Part shown: piece after piece, positions 45,960 through 56,003 of the stretch
Numbering within the stretch: position 1 is the first letter of the stretch
How the letters are laid out: every line of letters starts with the position of its first letter
Assembly: GCA_027314165.1 (NCBI GenBank)
Contig: DAHVCH010000001.1
Location: 108,590 to 172,589, forward strand
Length of the DNA: 64,000 nt
From: Thermoplasmata archaeon
Lineage (GTDB): Archaea; Thermoplasmatota; Thermoplasmata; Lutacidiplasmatales; UBA184
Reading direction: 5' to 3'
The notes under the pieces: generated by a model
Told to the model about the DNA's origin: nothing
The model's database searches: none
The model's input: only the letters and a program-made list of their open reading frames with translations
Program-made: the position numbers and the translations under genes

Positions 45960-46759
45960 CAGTACCCCTCCCGGTGGCCCTCTTGGAGCAATCGCCGGTC
46001 ACCCCAGGCCAGCAGGGAGGTCCGGTTCTCAAGGTTGAGCAACATGTCGAGCGGTCGGCCGTGGGAGTCCGCGACGCCTCCTCCGGCCTCCTTCAGGACC
46101 AGGACGGCCGCCGCGATGTCCGTGACCCGCAGGTTCAGGGAGGCCGGGGAGCTGTCCGAGAAGTAGCCGTCCGCCCCCCCCTGGGCCACCATGGAGATCT
46201 CGAAGGAGGCGCATCCCAGCGAGCGCACCCTGCGGCTCTTCTGGGCCAGGGAATGGGCCCGCCCGGAGGCGTTCGCCCCAAGGTTGACGAAGAAGAGCTC
46301 CTCGTGGGGCACCCAGGGACGGGAAGAGAGCCGACGACCGTCCTGCCACGCGCCTCCCCCCTGGGTGGCCCAGAAGGTGATGCCCGTGTCGATGTCGTGG
46401 ACGACCCCGACCCGGATGTCGGAGAGCTGCGCCTTCCCAAGGGCGAGAGAGACCGTCGCGAACGGGAGCCCCCGCAGGGCGTTGTGGCTGCCGTCGACCG
46501 GGTCGACCACCAGGAGGTCGTGTCCCCCGCGGTCGATGAACCCCAGCTCCTCCGAAAGGACGTTCCACGGGATCCGCTCCTGCTCGAGGAAGGAGAGGAC
46601 CTGCGCCTCCGCCACCCGGTCGAGCTGCGCGGTCGGCGAGCCGCTCGCGCCCATCGCCACTTCGCGCCCCTTGTGAGGGGAGGAAAGGACCTGACGGACG
46701 GCGTTGTGCACAGCGTACGAGAGGCGGACCAAGGTCTCCAGGTCCGAGGCGTTGTCCAC
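45956..46759 (-). CDS. Inositol monophosphatase family (IMPase/FBPase/NADP phosphatase)
   Basis: LSEE, VDPVDGS.N, RSLGC, LRVTDIAA; overlaps nadK start. Confidence 0.9.
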   Translation of the reverse strand: MDNASDLETLVRLSYAVHNAVRQVLSSPHKGREVAMGASGSPTAQLDRVAEAQVLSFLEQERIPWNVLSEELGFIDRGGHDLLVVDPVDGSHNALRGLPFATVSLALGKAQLSDIRVGVVHDIDTGITFWATQGGGAWQDGRRLSSRPWVPHEELFFVNLGANASGRAHSLAQKSRRVRSLGCASFEISMVAQGGADGYFSDSSPASLNLRVTDIAAAVLVLKEAGGGVADSHGRPLDMLLNLENRTSLLAWGDRRLLQEGHREGYW

Positions 46760-46927
46760 GGGGGCCGGCACGCGCCCCCAGAGCCCTCCCCCTTCCGATA
46801 ACCCTTGCCCGTGCCCCCTCCGACGGGGCCCTCGCCGGGCTCCGGCCCACGTTCTAGGGCGCCTCCCGGGGGGCGAAGCCGTCCAAGCAGCACCTGAGGC
46901 GAGGAGCGACCTTAAGTTGGAGGGACC

Positions 46928-48172
46928 GTGGTCCTCCTCGTGGAGCTCCAATTCCTGGGCGGTGCCGAGCAGGTCGGCTCCCTCGGGATGGTCCTGAAGG
47001 ATGGCACCCACAAGGTGCTCTTCGATTACGGGATGACCCCGTCGGACCCCCCCGAGTACCCGATGCCCATCCCTCCGGGGGTCGAGTACTGCTTCCTGTC
47101 GCACTGCCACCTGGACCATTCCGGGATGGCCCCCGTCACCACTCGGGGTCCCCACACACAAATGGTCACGACGGAGCTCACCCGCGTCATCGCCGAGCTG
47201 CTCCTGATGGACTCGCTCAAGATCGCGCGGGCCGAGCGCTATCCCGAGCCCTTCACCTACAAGGAGCTCAAGAACTGGATGACCCGGACCGTCGGGATGC
47301 GCCGGGAGGAGACCTTCCGCCTCAAGGGGGTGGAGGTGGACCTGACCTCCGCCGGCCACGTCCCCGGGGCCGCCATGTACCGCTGGCGTGGGTCGAAGGA
47401 CCTGCTCTTCACGGGCGACGTCCACACGCGTCCGACCCACCTCGTGGGCGGCGCGACGCCGCTGGAAGCCGAGATCCTGGTCATGGAGAGCACCTACGCC
47501 GGGCGCGAGCACCCGGACCGGGCGGAGGAGGACGAGCGGTTCCGCAAGGAGGTCGAGAGCGTCGTCGGCCAGGGAGGGCAGGTGATCGTCCCGGCCTTCG
47601 CGGTCGGGCGGACCCAGGAGATCCTGATGACGCTCGCGGAGTGCAACTACGACATCTGGGTCGACGGGATGGGTCGCGCGGTCAACGAGATGTACCTCGA
47701 CAACCCGTCGCACATCCGGGACCCCAAGGCGCTGCGCAAGGCGATCGATGCGGCCTACATCGTCGAGGAGCCCTACGACCGGGAGGTGGCGCTCTCCGAG
47801 GCCGAGGTCATCGTCACCACGGGCGGCATGCTCGACGGGGGCCCCGTCCTGCACTACCTGAAGGCCTTGCACAAGAACCCCAAGAACGCCATGTTCATCG
47901 TCGGGTTCCAGGTCGAGGGGTCGAACGGCCGCCAGCTCCTGGATTCCGGGGCGATCACGTTCGACGACCGGACCCTGCGGCCAAAGCTCCAGATCAAGAC
48001 GTTCGACTTCTCCTCCCACGCGGGACACTCCGACCTGGTGAGCCTGGCCCGGGCGGTCCGACCGAAGACGGTGGTGCTGATGCACGGGGACAACCGTGAG
48101 GCCCTTGCCAGCGAGCTTCGCAAGGAGTTCGACGTCAAGATCCCGCTGAACGGAGAGACGTTCTCGCTCTGA
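46928..48172 (+). CDS. Beta-CASP metallo-beta-lactamase ribonuclease (aCPSF2-like)
   Basis: FLGGAEQVG, SHCHLDHSG, AGHVPG, MESTY, FAVGRTQE, FSSHAG, MHGD. Confidence 0.9.
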   Translation: MVLLVELQFLGGAEQVGSLGMVLKDGTHKVLFDYGMTPSDPPEYPMPIPPGVEYCFLSHCHLDHSGMAPVTTRGPHTQMVTTELTRVIAELLLMDSLKIARAERYPEPFTYKELKNWMTRTVGMRREETFRLKGVEVDLTSAGHVPGAAMYRWRGSKDLLFTGDVHTRPTHLVGGATPLEAEILVMESTYAGREHPDRAEEDERFRKEVESVVGQGGQVIVPAFAVGRTQEILMTLAECNYDIWVDGMGRAVNEMYLDNPSHIRDPKALRKAIDAAYIVEEPYDREVALSEAEVIVTTGGMLDGGPVLHYLKALHKNPKNAMFIVGFQVEGSNGRQLLDSGAITFDDRTLRPKLQIKTFDFSSHAGHSDLVSLARAVRPKTVVLMHGDNREALASELRKEFDVKIPLNGETFSL

Positions 48173-48210
48173 GGGCTGAGGGCTGAGGGCTGAGGGCTGA
48201 GGGCTGAGAG
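48169..48210 (+). repeat. Tandem repeat (CTGAGGG)5 + CTGAGAG
   Basis: Read directly; the first unit contains the stop codon of the beta-CASP gene. Confidence 0.95.
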
Positions 48211-48269
48211 CCTCGGTGCCAGGTCCTCGCCACGGCGAGGGCTGGGGCAAGAGCCCCAGGGTTCGACCA

Positions 48270-49406
48270 CTAGGTGTGGCCGAAATCTTCCGGAGGGAAC
48301 TCCTCGTCGCGGATGGGGGGCAGGGGCGGGAGGCTTCCCGAGCGGTCCCGAAGGAGCTCGCCGATGCGCTCCTGGAGCTGTTCGATGCCTTCCCCGGTCG
48401 TGCAGGAGATCTTCAGGCGCGGGCTCGAGGACCGCGCGAGGTCCGACTTGTTCTCGACCTCCACGAAGACCCGGTCGGGGAACGCCTGCCTCAACCGGGC
48501 CAGGAGGGCCTCCTGCTCGCCAATGGGCCAGCCGCAGCTCCCGGACGGGTCGAGCAAGAACACGATCACCGGCCCTCCTTCCCGGACCGCAAGGAACGCC
48601 TCCCGTTCCACGGGGTTCCTCTTCGATTCGTCCCGCTCGAGCATTCCCGGGGTGTCCACGAGCTGGGCGCGTCCTAGCGGTCCGATCGGGGCGTGACCGA
48701 CCGCCACGGCGACGGTGGTGAACGGATAGGCGGCGATCTTCGGTCGGGCCCGGGTCAAGCGGGCGAGGAGGGAGGACTTCCCGACGTTCGGGTAGCCCGC
48801 GACGACCACCGTGGTCGCCCTCCCTTCGAGCGACGGCCGGTCCCGGAGCAACCGCTCCCCCTCATGGAGGCGGATCAGGTCCCCCGCGATCTCCCGCAAA
48901 AGGCTCGCCGAGCGACCGTAGTACCTGCGGACGGCCTGAGCGATGTCGTAGCGCTCGTCCAGGCGGGGGACCTTGCGCTCCTCCTCCGTCCGCAGACGGA
49001 TGAGGCGCTCCTGGGCCCGCCGGATCCGGAGCAGGCTTCGCTCCATCCCACCCTTTCCCCAACGTTCGTCGAGGAGGGCCTTGCGGAACGGCCCCAACGC
49101 GGCCTCCTTCGAGAACGGGCGGGCCCGGATCCTCAGCTGACGGAGGAGGTTGCCGGACGCGCGGCCGATCTTCCGAAGGGCCAGGCGCCGCTGGCGGTCG
49201 AGCGTGGTGTCGCCCGAGACCGAGACCTTCGCCGCGCGGTGGAAGGCGAGCTCGAGCATCTCCTGGACCAGGCGTTCCCGCGGGTCCGCGATGGTCTCGG
49301 TGGGAACGATCTTACGAGGGACCTTCCCCGTTCTCGCGGGAACCACGCGACGACCGCGCTTGGAGGAGGGGGAGGACGGCCCGTGACGGGCCCGGGAAGA
49401 AGGCAT
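48270..49406 (-). CDS. NOG1-family GTP-binding protein
   Basis: GYPNVGKSS, YPFTT, DTPGML.R, DPS..CG, NKSD. Confidence 0.9.
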   Translation of the reverse strand: MPSSRARHGPSSPSSKRGRRVVPARTGKVPRKIVPTETIADPRERLVQEMLELAFHRAAKVSVSGDTTLDRQRRLALRKIGRASGNLLRQLRIRARPFSKEAALGPFRKALLDERWGKGGMERSLLRIRRAQERLIRLRTEEERKVPRLDERYDIAQAVRRYYGRSASLLREIAGDLIRLHEGERLLRDRPSLEGRATTVVVAGYPNVGKSSLLARLTRARPKIAAYPFTTVAVAVGHAPIGPLGRAQLVDTPGMLERDESKRNPVEREAFLAVREGGPVIVFLLDPSGSCGWPIGEQEALLARLRQAFPDRVFVEVENKSDLARSSSPRLKISCTTGEGIEQLQERIGELLRDRSGSLPPLPPIRDEEFPPEDFGHT

Positions 49407-49486
49407 GGACGAAGGTCGTGAGGCGGTCGACCGTTAAAGCTCGCCCCGACGGCAGCCCGACCCCGTCGTCCCTCCAGAGGGGGGTG

Positions 49487-50296
49487 TCAGGGGAGCTTGG
49501 TCTGGTTCCCGGGCGCTGGCGCGTAGTCGACCGGGGGGAGGTCCATGGTGCGCCGGAAGAGGTTCACCGAGTCGGGAGCGAACCCGGCAAAATGGTTGTT
49601 GAAGAACACGAAGGCCCTCTCCACCTCCTGCGCCTTGGCCCGGAGCCGGTCGGCCCAAAGCCGGACCTCGGCGGTCCGGTCCACCCGCACCTCCCCGTGC
49701 GTCTCGGCGGGGATGGTCGAGTGGTCGCCGATGAAGCGGAGATAGAGGAGGTCCGTGGTCACCTCCGGAGGGATGTCCACGTAGGTCAGGTAGGACCACG
49801 TGAGGGCGATGCGCCGGGAGGAGAGCTCCCGAAGGAGCCACTCCCGCGTCTCGCCCTGGAACCACCCCGCGTCCCGCAGCTCGAGAGCGTAGCGGAGGGA
49901 GGGGTCGAGGGCATCCAGGAGCTCGACGAGAAAGGCGTTCGCCTTGCCGGGCTTCACCCAGGGAGCGAACTGCAGGAGGACGGGCCCCAGCTTCTCCCCC
50001 AGGGCCTTGGCATGGTCCAGGAAGGCCCCGAGCTGCTCCCGGTCGACCGGCGTCTTCGGGTCGAGAAGGTCCCGTGTGAGCTTCAAGGCAAAGAGGAAGC
50101 CCTCGGGGGTCCTCGCCCGCCACCCCGCCGCCATCCCCCGGGAGGGGGGGCGGAAGTACGTCGATTCCACCTCGACCGTGTTGAACCTCTGGGCATACCA
50201 GGGAAGCCGCTCCCCGTCCGTGAGGGTCCGCGGGTAGACCCGGTCCCACCAGGCCTCGGAGGTCCAGGAGGAGCACCCGATCCGCAGGTCGACCAT
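49487..50296 (-). CDS. DUF72 (YecE) family protein
   Basis: IGCSSW, YAQRFNTVEVESTYF, LGPVLLQF, YLRFIG, FFNN. Confidence 0.92.
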   Translation of the reverse strand: MVDLRIGCSSWTSEAWWDRVYPRTLTDGERLPWYAQRFNTVEVESTYFRPPSRGMAAGWRARTPEGFLFALKLTRDLLDPKTPVDREQLGAFLDHAKALGEKLGPVLLQFAPWVKPGKANAFLVELLDALDPSLRYALELRDAGWFQGETREWLLRELSSRRIALTWSYLTYVDIPPEVTTDLLYLRFIGDHSTIPAETHGEVRVDRTAEVRLWADRLRAKAQEVERAFVFFNNHFAGFAPDSVNLFRRTMDLPPVDYAPAPGNQTKLP

Positions 50297-50395
50297 CCTA
50301 TCCAGGAACGCCTAGGGACGACCTTCAGGCTTCCGAGGCCCGCGCACCTCTCAGGAGGGGGTCGGGGGCACCCCTACCTTCATATCGAGTCCCGC

Positions 50396-50698
50396 ATGGC
50401 GGGGGTCATGCCTGGGATCGGCTCGCTCCGTGCCAACGCAAACGCCAACCTCGAAGCTACCATTACCGCGATCTCGCCAGCCCGGCACGTGGTGACCTCA
50501 CGTGGCCCATCCGACGTGGCCGACGCCACGCTCCAGGATGAGACCGGGAGCATCACCTTCACCCTCTGGGGCGCCGACGTGAGCAAGTACAAGGTCGGCC
50601 AGAAGGTCAAGATCTCCGACGGCTGGGTCAAGGAATACAAAGGGAAGCTCCAGCTCTCGCTGGGCCGAAGCGGCTCCGTGACCATCCTCGGACCGTAA
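50396..50698 (+). CDS. Single OB-fold ssDNA-binding protein (SSB/RPA)
   Basis: VADATLQDETGSI.FTLW...G.V.EYKGKLQL.LGR.G. Confidence 0.88.
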   Translation: MAGVMPGIGSLRANANANLEATITAISPARHVVTSRGPSDVADATLQDETGSITFTLWGADVSKYKVGQKVKISDGWVKEYKGKLQLSLGRSGSVTILGP

Positions 50699-50759
50699 TC
50701 GGGCACGATCCTAGCCCGGGTCCTTGGACCCCCCGCTGCCGCGGTCCCGGTGCGTGGCG

Positions 50760-50784
50760 TAGCCTAGCCTAGCCTAGCCTTGCC
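50760..50784. repeat. Short tandem repeat (TAGCC)4 TTGCC
   Basis: Read directly in the intergenic region upstream of gcvPA. Confidence 0.9.
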
Positions 50785-50840
50785 GGTTCACCGTAGACGC
50801 TATACCTTCGGACAAATCGAGCCAGGACCGGGGCGCGAAC

Positions 50841-52229
50841 GTGGTCCGGTGGATCCCCGGTAACGGCGAGGAAGAGAAGGCGCTGCTCGACGCGCTCGGC
50901 CTGAGCTCGGTGGAGGAGCTCTTCCGAGACATCCCACCCTCCGCCCGCATGAAGCGGATGGGACTGGGCGCCCCCCTCGAGGAGCGCCAGGTCGTCGAGC
51001 ACGTCGACCGACTGCTGGAGAAGAACCAGACCCAGGGTTCCCTCGACTCCTTCCTGGGCTGCGGGCTCTACGACCGCTACACCCCGGCCGTCGTCGACGG
51101 GATCCTGCAACGGTCGGAGTTCTACACCTCCTACACCCCCTACCAGCCGGAGGCCAGCCAGGGGGTCCTCCAGACCCTTTTCGAGTTCCAGTCGCTCTGG
51201 GTGGAGCTTTCCGACATGGACGTGGCCAACGCTTCGCTCTACGACGGGGCGACGGCGATGGGCGAGGCGATGCTCATGGCCCGCCGGCTCGCACCCGGCC
51301 ACCGTTTCCTCGTCCCTTCGACGCTCTTCTGGGAGCGACGCAGCGTCCTGGAGAACTACGCCCCCAGGAAGGACATGGAGTTCGTCGAGGTCCCGTGCGA
51401 CCCCCGGACGGGCCGGCTGGACCTGGGGTTCCTCGAGCGGGAGGCCAAGCACGACTGCTTCGGCGTGCTCTTCGAGTACCCGGACACGCTGGGGACCCTC
51501 CAGGTGGACCTCCCGAAGGTCAAGGGGGCGATCAAGGACGTCCCGCTCATCGTCTCGGCAGACCCCCTCGCTTTGACCCTGCTCGAGCCCCCCGGAGCGT
51601 GGGGAGCGGACATCGTCGTGGGAGAGGGCCAGGGGTTCGGCGTGCCCGTCTCCTACGGGGGCCCCCTCCTGGGACTCATCTCCACGCGCAAGGAGCACGT
51701 CCGGATGCTCCCCGGCCGCATCGCGGGAGCGACGGTGGACCACGAGGGGCGACGCGCGTTCACCCTGACGCTCCAGGCGCGGGAGCAGCACATCCGTCGC
51801 TCGCGCGCGACCTCGAACATCTGCACGAACCAGACCCTGGTCTCCTTGGCCTTCCTGGCCTACGCCTGCGCGGTGGGTCCGAGCGGGCTCACGCGCCTGG
51901 CCTCCCGCCTCTCGGAGGAGGGGCACCGGCTCGCCAAGGCTCTCAAGGAGGTGCCGGGGCTGCGCGCTCCGCTCGTCGACGCGCCGTTCCTCTGGGAGTT
52001 CCCGGTCGGGGTCGAGGGCCTCTCCATCCCCGAGTTCCTGGACGGCATGTACGATGAGGGCGTGCTCGCCGGGGTCCCGCTCCAGGACCCGCGTCCCGGT
52101 GCGAAGGGCCACCCCCACCCGGGGTTCCTGACCTCCGCGGGGGAGCGCACCGACGCGAAGAGCGTCGAACGTTACGCGAGAGCCGCCCGGAAGGTCCTCT
52201 CGGCCCCGAAGAAGGAGGGTTCGCCATGA
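50841..52229 (+). CDS. gcvPA: Glycine dehydrogenase subunit 1
   Basis: EFYTSYTPYQPEASQG, NASLYDGA, YGGP, REQHIRR..ATSNICTNQ. Confidence 0.96.
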   Translation: MVRWIPGNGEEEKALLDALGLSSVEELFRDIPPSARMKRMGLGAPLEERQVVEHVDRLLEKNQTQGSLDSFLGCGLYDRYTPAVVDGILQRSEFYTSYTPYQPEASQGVLQTLFEFQSLWVELSDMDVANASLYDGATAMGEAMLMARRLAPGHRFLVPSTLFWERRSVLENYAPRKDMEFVEVPCDPRTGRLDLGFLEREAKHDCFGVLFEYPDTLGTLQVDLPKVKGAIKDVPLIVSADPLALTLLEPPGAWGADIVVGEGQGFGVPVSYGGPLLGLISTRKEHVRMLPGRIAGATVDHEGRRAFTLTLQAREQHIRRSRATSNICTNQTLVSLAFLAYACAVGPSGLTRLASRLSEEGHRLAKALKEVPGLRAPLVDAPFLWEFPVGVEGLSIPEFLDGMYDEGVLAGVPLQDPRPGAKGHPHPGFLTSAGERTDAKSVERYARAARKVLSAPKKEGSP

Positions 52230-53770
52230 CCTTCCGACAGGCACGCTGGGAGGAGCCTCTCCTTTGGGAGATCCGCCCGCCGGCGGATGGGGGGGTGGAC
52301 CCCGCCCAGGCTCCTGAGGTCCCTCCCGAGCTTCGGCGCCGGAAGGCCCTGCGGCTGCCCGAGCTCTCCGAGCTCGAGGTCGCGCGGCATTTCACACGCC
52401 TCTCCCAGATGAACTTCGGGATCGAGACGTCGTTCTACCCTCTCGGCTCGTGCACCATGAAGTACAATCCCCGGGTGAGCGAGGTGCTTGCCCGGCGCGC
52501 GGGGGTCGCGGACGTCCACCCCTACCAGCCCGAGTCGAGCACCCAGGGGCTCCTGGCCATGCTCTGGGAGATGGAGCAGGCCCTGGGAAAGATCACGGGT
52601 CTCCCTCACACCACCCTCCAGGTCGCGGCGGGTGCCCACGGGGAGTACGTCGCCCTGCGGATGACCGCCGCCTACCACCGAGACCGGGGGGACACGAAGA
52701 GGACCGAGGTCCTTCTCCCGGACACGGCGCACGGGACGAACCCCGCTTCCGCCGCCATGGCGGGCTTCACGACGCGCGAGATCCCCTCGAAGAACGGCTG
52801 CGTGGACCTTCGTGCGCTGGAGGGGGCGCTGAGCGAGAACACGGCCGCGTTCATGCTGACGAACCCCAACACCGCGGGGCTGTTCGAGGAGCAGATCCTC
52901 GAGATCTCCGACCGGGTGCACAGCGCCGGGGCGATCCTGTACTACGACGGCGCGAACCTCAACGCCATCCTGGGCAAGACCGGACCGGGGAAGATGGGGT
53001 TCGACGTCGCCCACCTGAACCTCCACAAGACCTTCGCGACACCGCACGGGGGCGGAGGGCCGGGCGACGGTGCGCTGTGCGTGGGAGAGCGGCTGAAGGA
53101 TTACCTGCCCGTCCCCCGGATCGTGAAGGAGGGACGGAAGTTCCACATCTCCTACGACTTCCCCAGGTCCATCGGGAAGGTGAAGACCGCCTACGGGAAC
53201 GTGGGCCTGGTGCTTCGGGCCTACGTCTTCCTCCGGGCCCACGGCGAGGAAGGGTTGCGCCGGGTCTCCGAGCGCGCGGTCCTCAACTCGAACTATCTCG
53301 GGATGCGCCTGGGCGAGCACCTGCCCCGCCCGTTCAAGCCGCTCGTCAAGCACGAGTTCGTGCTCTCGGGGGCCCCGCTCAAGGCCCGAGGGGTCCGCAC
53401 GTTGGACCTCGCGAAGCGGCTCCTGGACGAGGGGGTCCACGCACCGACCGTCTACTTCCCCACGCTCGTGGAGGAGTCGCTCATGATCGAGCCTCCGGAG
53501 ACCGAGTCGAAGCGGGACCTGGACGAGTTCGTCGCGGCCTTCCTCCGGGCCTTGAACGACACCCCGGAGCGCCTGCACGCCTCGCCCATGAACCTCGCGG
53601 TGGGTCGGGTGGACGAGGTTCGCGCGGCGCGCGACCTGATCCTTTCGTGGCGGGACATGGAGAAGGCGGCGCCAGGGGCGGGGCGGTCCCACGCGACCGC
53701 CGCATCACCCCCAGGGGTGGCGTCCGCGGCCCCCTCGGACATCCCGAACCCCTCGGTCGGCGCGAAGTAG
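52226..53770 (+). CDS. gcvPB: Glycine dehydrogenase subunit 2
   Basis: YPLGSCTMKYNP, AHGTNPASA, HLNLHKTF.TPHGGGGPG. Confidence 0.96.
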   Translation: MTFRQARWEEPLLWEIRPPADGGVDPAQAPEVPPELRRRKALRLPELSELEVARHFTRLSQMNFGIETSFYPLGSCTMKYNPRVSEVLARRAGVADVHPYQPESSTQGLLAMLWEMEQALGKITGLPHTTLQVAAGAHGEYVALRMTAAYHRDRGDTKRTEVLLPDTAHGTNPASAAMAGFTTREIPSKNGCVDLRALEGALSENTAAFMLTNPNTAGLFEEQILEISDRVHSAGAILYYDGANLNAILGKTGPGKMGFDVAHLNLHKTFATPHGGGGPGDGALCVGERLKDYLPVPRIVKEGRKFHISYDFPRSIGKVKTAYGNVGLVLRAYVFLRAHGEEGLRRVSERAVLNSNYLGMRLGEHLPRPFKPLVKHEFVLSGAPLKARGVRTLDLAKRLLDEGVHAPTVYFPTLVEESLMIEPPETESKRDLDEFVAAFLRALNDTPERLHASPMNLAVGRVDEVRAARDLILSWRDMEKAAPGAGRSHATAASPPGVASAAPSDIPNPSVGAK

Positions 53771-53851
53771 GCGGTCGCCGCCCCTCCCGCCGCCGGCGCA
53801 GATCTCGTCAGGACCCAAACCTTAAGCCGAGGCCCCCACCTCGGGGAGCCC

Positions 53852-54949
53852 ATGCGTGACCGCGTCAAGAAGATCTTCGCGAAGGCCCAGAAAGAGCTCG
53901 ACGCCTTGGTCTTTGTCAACTCGGTGGAGCCCCACCTGGACCAGACGTTCTTCTACGTCACGGACGTGGCGAGCGGGCTCTTCGAAGGGTGCGCCTCCGT
54001 CGCCTTTCCCGATGGCAAGGTGGAAGTGTTCACGAGCGAGCTCGAGGCCGAGAGCGCCCGCACGGCCCCGGACGTGAAGGTCAACGTCTTCACCACGCGC
54101 GACGACGAGACCAGCCAGCTCAAGCGGCTCCTCGGGAACTCCAAGAGGATCGGGCTGAACTTCCACGAGATCACCTACGAGAGCTTCCTTTCCATCAAGA
54201 AGGGGTTCCCCTCGACCGAGTGGGAGGACGTCACCGAAGCGGTGCGGAAGACCCGGTCGATCAAGGACGCGAAGGAGATCGAGCGGCTCCGCATCGCCGG
54301 CCGCATCGGGACGAAGGTCGCCGAGGAGATTCCCTCCATGCTCAAGACCGGCATGACCGAGCTCGAGCTCGCCGCCGAGATGGAGTACCGGATGAACATT
54401 CACGGAGCGGCCGGTCGCTCGTTCGGGACGATCGTCGCCTTCGGGGCCCACGGCGCAGAGCCCCACTTCACGCCCACCGGCACGAAGCTCGAGAAGGGAA
54501 CGACCATGGTGTGCGACTTCGGCGCGCTCTACCAGCGCTACTGCTCGGACATCACCCGCTCCTACGCCTTCGGCAAGCCGTCCGCGGAGGCCAAGGCCAT
54601 CCACGATAAGGTGGAGGAGGCCCAGCAGGCCGCCCTCGCGACCATCGGCGCGGGGGTCGCCGCGAAGGAGCCCCACCTGGCCGCCCAGAAGGTCATCGAT
54701 GCCTCTCCCTGGAAGGGCCGCTTCATCCACGGGCTCGGCCACTCGATCGGCCTCGCCGTCCACGACGGGTTCTCGCTGAACGGCCGGAACGAGGAGCTCC
54801 TGGAGGAGGGCATGTGCGTCACCGTGGAACCGGGGATCTACGTGCCCGGCCTGGGCGGGGTCCGGATCGAGGACGACATCCTGGTCACCAAGAAGGGCTA
54901 CGAGTTCCTGACCACCGCCCCCCGAGGATACCTCGAGGTGGGTCGGTGA
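53852..54949 (+). CDS. pepQ: Xaa-Pro peptidase (M24 prolidase)
   Basis: DFGA...YCSDITR, HGLGHSIGLAVHD, EPGIY...GGVRIED. Confidence 0.9.
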   Translation: MRDRVKKIFAKAQKELDALVFVNSVEPHLDQTFFYVTDVASGLFEGCASVAFPDGKVEVFTSELEAESARTAPDVKVNVFTTRDDETSQLKRLLGNSKRIGLNFHEITYESFLSIKKGFPSTEWEDVTEAVRKTRSIKDAKEIERLRIAGRIGTKVAEEIPSMLKTGMTELELAAEMEYRMNIHGAAGRSFGTIVAFGAHGAEPHFTPTGTKLEKGTTMVCDFGALYQRYCSDITRSYAFGKPSAEAKAIHDKVEEAQQAALATIGAGVAAKEPHLAAQKVIDASPWKGRFIHGLGHSIGLAVHDGFSLNGRNEELLEEGMCVTVEPGIYVPGLGGVRIEDDILVTKKGYEFLTTAPRGYLEVGR

Positions 54950-55971
54950 AGATCGGGGTCCTGACCGGCGGGGGCGACTGTCCAGGGCTGAACGCCGCCG
55001 TTCGCGGCGTGGTCTACCGCGCCACCCGGCAGGGCCACACCGTCGTGGGCTTCCTGGACGGTTGGAAGGGCCTCCTGGATGGCCGCACGATGGAGCTCGA
55101 GCGCTCCCGCTTGCAGACGCTGATCGGCAAGGGGGGAACGCTCCTCGGAAGCTCGCGCACGAACCCGTTCAAGACCGAGGAGGGGGCGCAGCAGGTGCTC
55201 ACCACCTTCCGAGAGAAGGGCCTCGACGCGCTCGTCGCGATCGGCGGGGACGACACGCTCACCGCCGGGAGGGAGCTTCACCGGCGCGGAGGACGCGTCG
55301 TGGGCGTCCCGAAGACCATGGACAACGACGTCAACGCCACGGACTGGACCTTCGGTTTCGACTCCGCCAGCAGCGTTGCCGTCGAGGCGCTGGAGCGCCT
55401 GCGGGACACCGCGGACAGCCACCACCGGGTCATCGTGCTGGAGGTCATGGGGAGGCACGCCGGCTGGGTGGCCCTCGCGACCGGGATCGCCGGAGGGGCG
55501 GACTACACGCTGCTTCCGGAGGAACCCTTCCAGGAGGAGGACCTCCTGCTCTCCGTCAAGAGGGCCGTTCAACAGAAGGGCTACGCGCTGGTCGTGGCGT
55601 CGGAGGGGGCCCAGGTCTCCCCGAAGCTGAAGGCCGGCGAGGCCGCGAAGGACGACTTCGGGCACGAGATCCTCCGCGAGAAGGGCGTCGCCCCCTTCCT
55701 AGCGGACCTGCTGGAGAAGAAGGCCGGGGTGGAGTGCCGTAGCGCCGTCATCGGGCACATCCAGCGCGGCGGACCGCCCACGCTCTTCGACCGGCTTCTC
55801 GCCACCCGCTTGGGCGCCAAGGCGGCGGACCTCGTGGCGGCGGGGGACTTCGGCAAGGTGGCCGTGCTCCGGGGAGACCGGGTGGTCGGCGTGTCGTTCG
55901 ATGAGGCCATCGGGGCCCCCAAGCTGGTCTCCCAGCCTTGGCTGGACCTCCTCCACACCTTCGACAGCTAG
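54946..55971 (+). CDS. PfkA-family phosphofructokinase with PPi-type signature
   Basis: GGGDCPGLN, GGDDT, PKTMDND, MGR.AGW, GHIQRGG. Confidence 0.92.
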   Translation: MKIGVLTGGGDCPGLNAAVRGVVYRATRQGHTVVGFLDGWKGLLDGRTMELERSRLQTLIGKGGTLLGSSRTNPFKTEEGAQQVLTTFREKGLDALVAIGGDDTLTAGRELHRRGGRVVGVPKTMDNDVNATDWTFGFDSASSVAVEALERLRDTADSHHRVIVLEVMGRHAGWVALATGIAGGADYTLLPEEPFQEEDLLLSVKRAVQQKGYALVVASEGAQVSPKLKAGEAAKDDFGHEILREKGVAPFLADLLEKKAGVECRSAVIGHIQRGGPPTLFDRLLATRLGAKAADLVAAGDFGKVAVLRGDRVVGVSFDEAIGAPKLVSQPWLDLLHTFDS

Positions 55972-56003
55972 ATGCCCTCGGAACGCCGTCGCTCTCGAGT
56001 ATC

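Noticed and set aside
48169..48210. Repeat as a CRISPR array
   Set aside because: 7-bp head-to-tail units without spacers, and no cas genes
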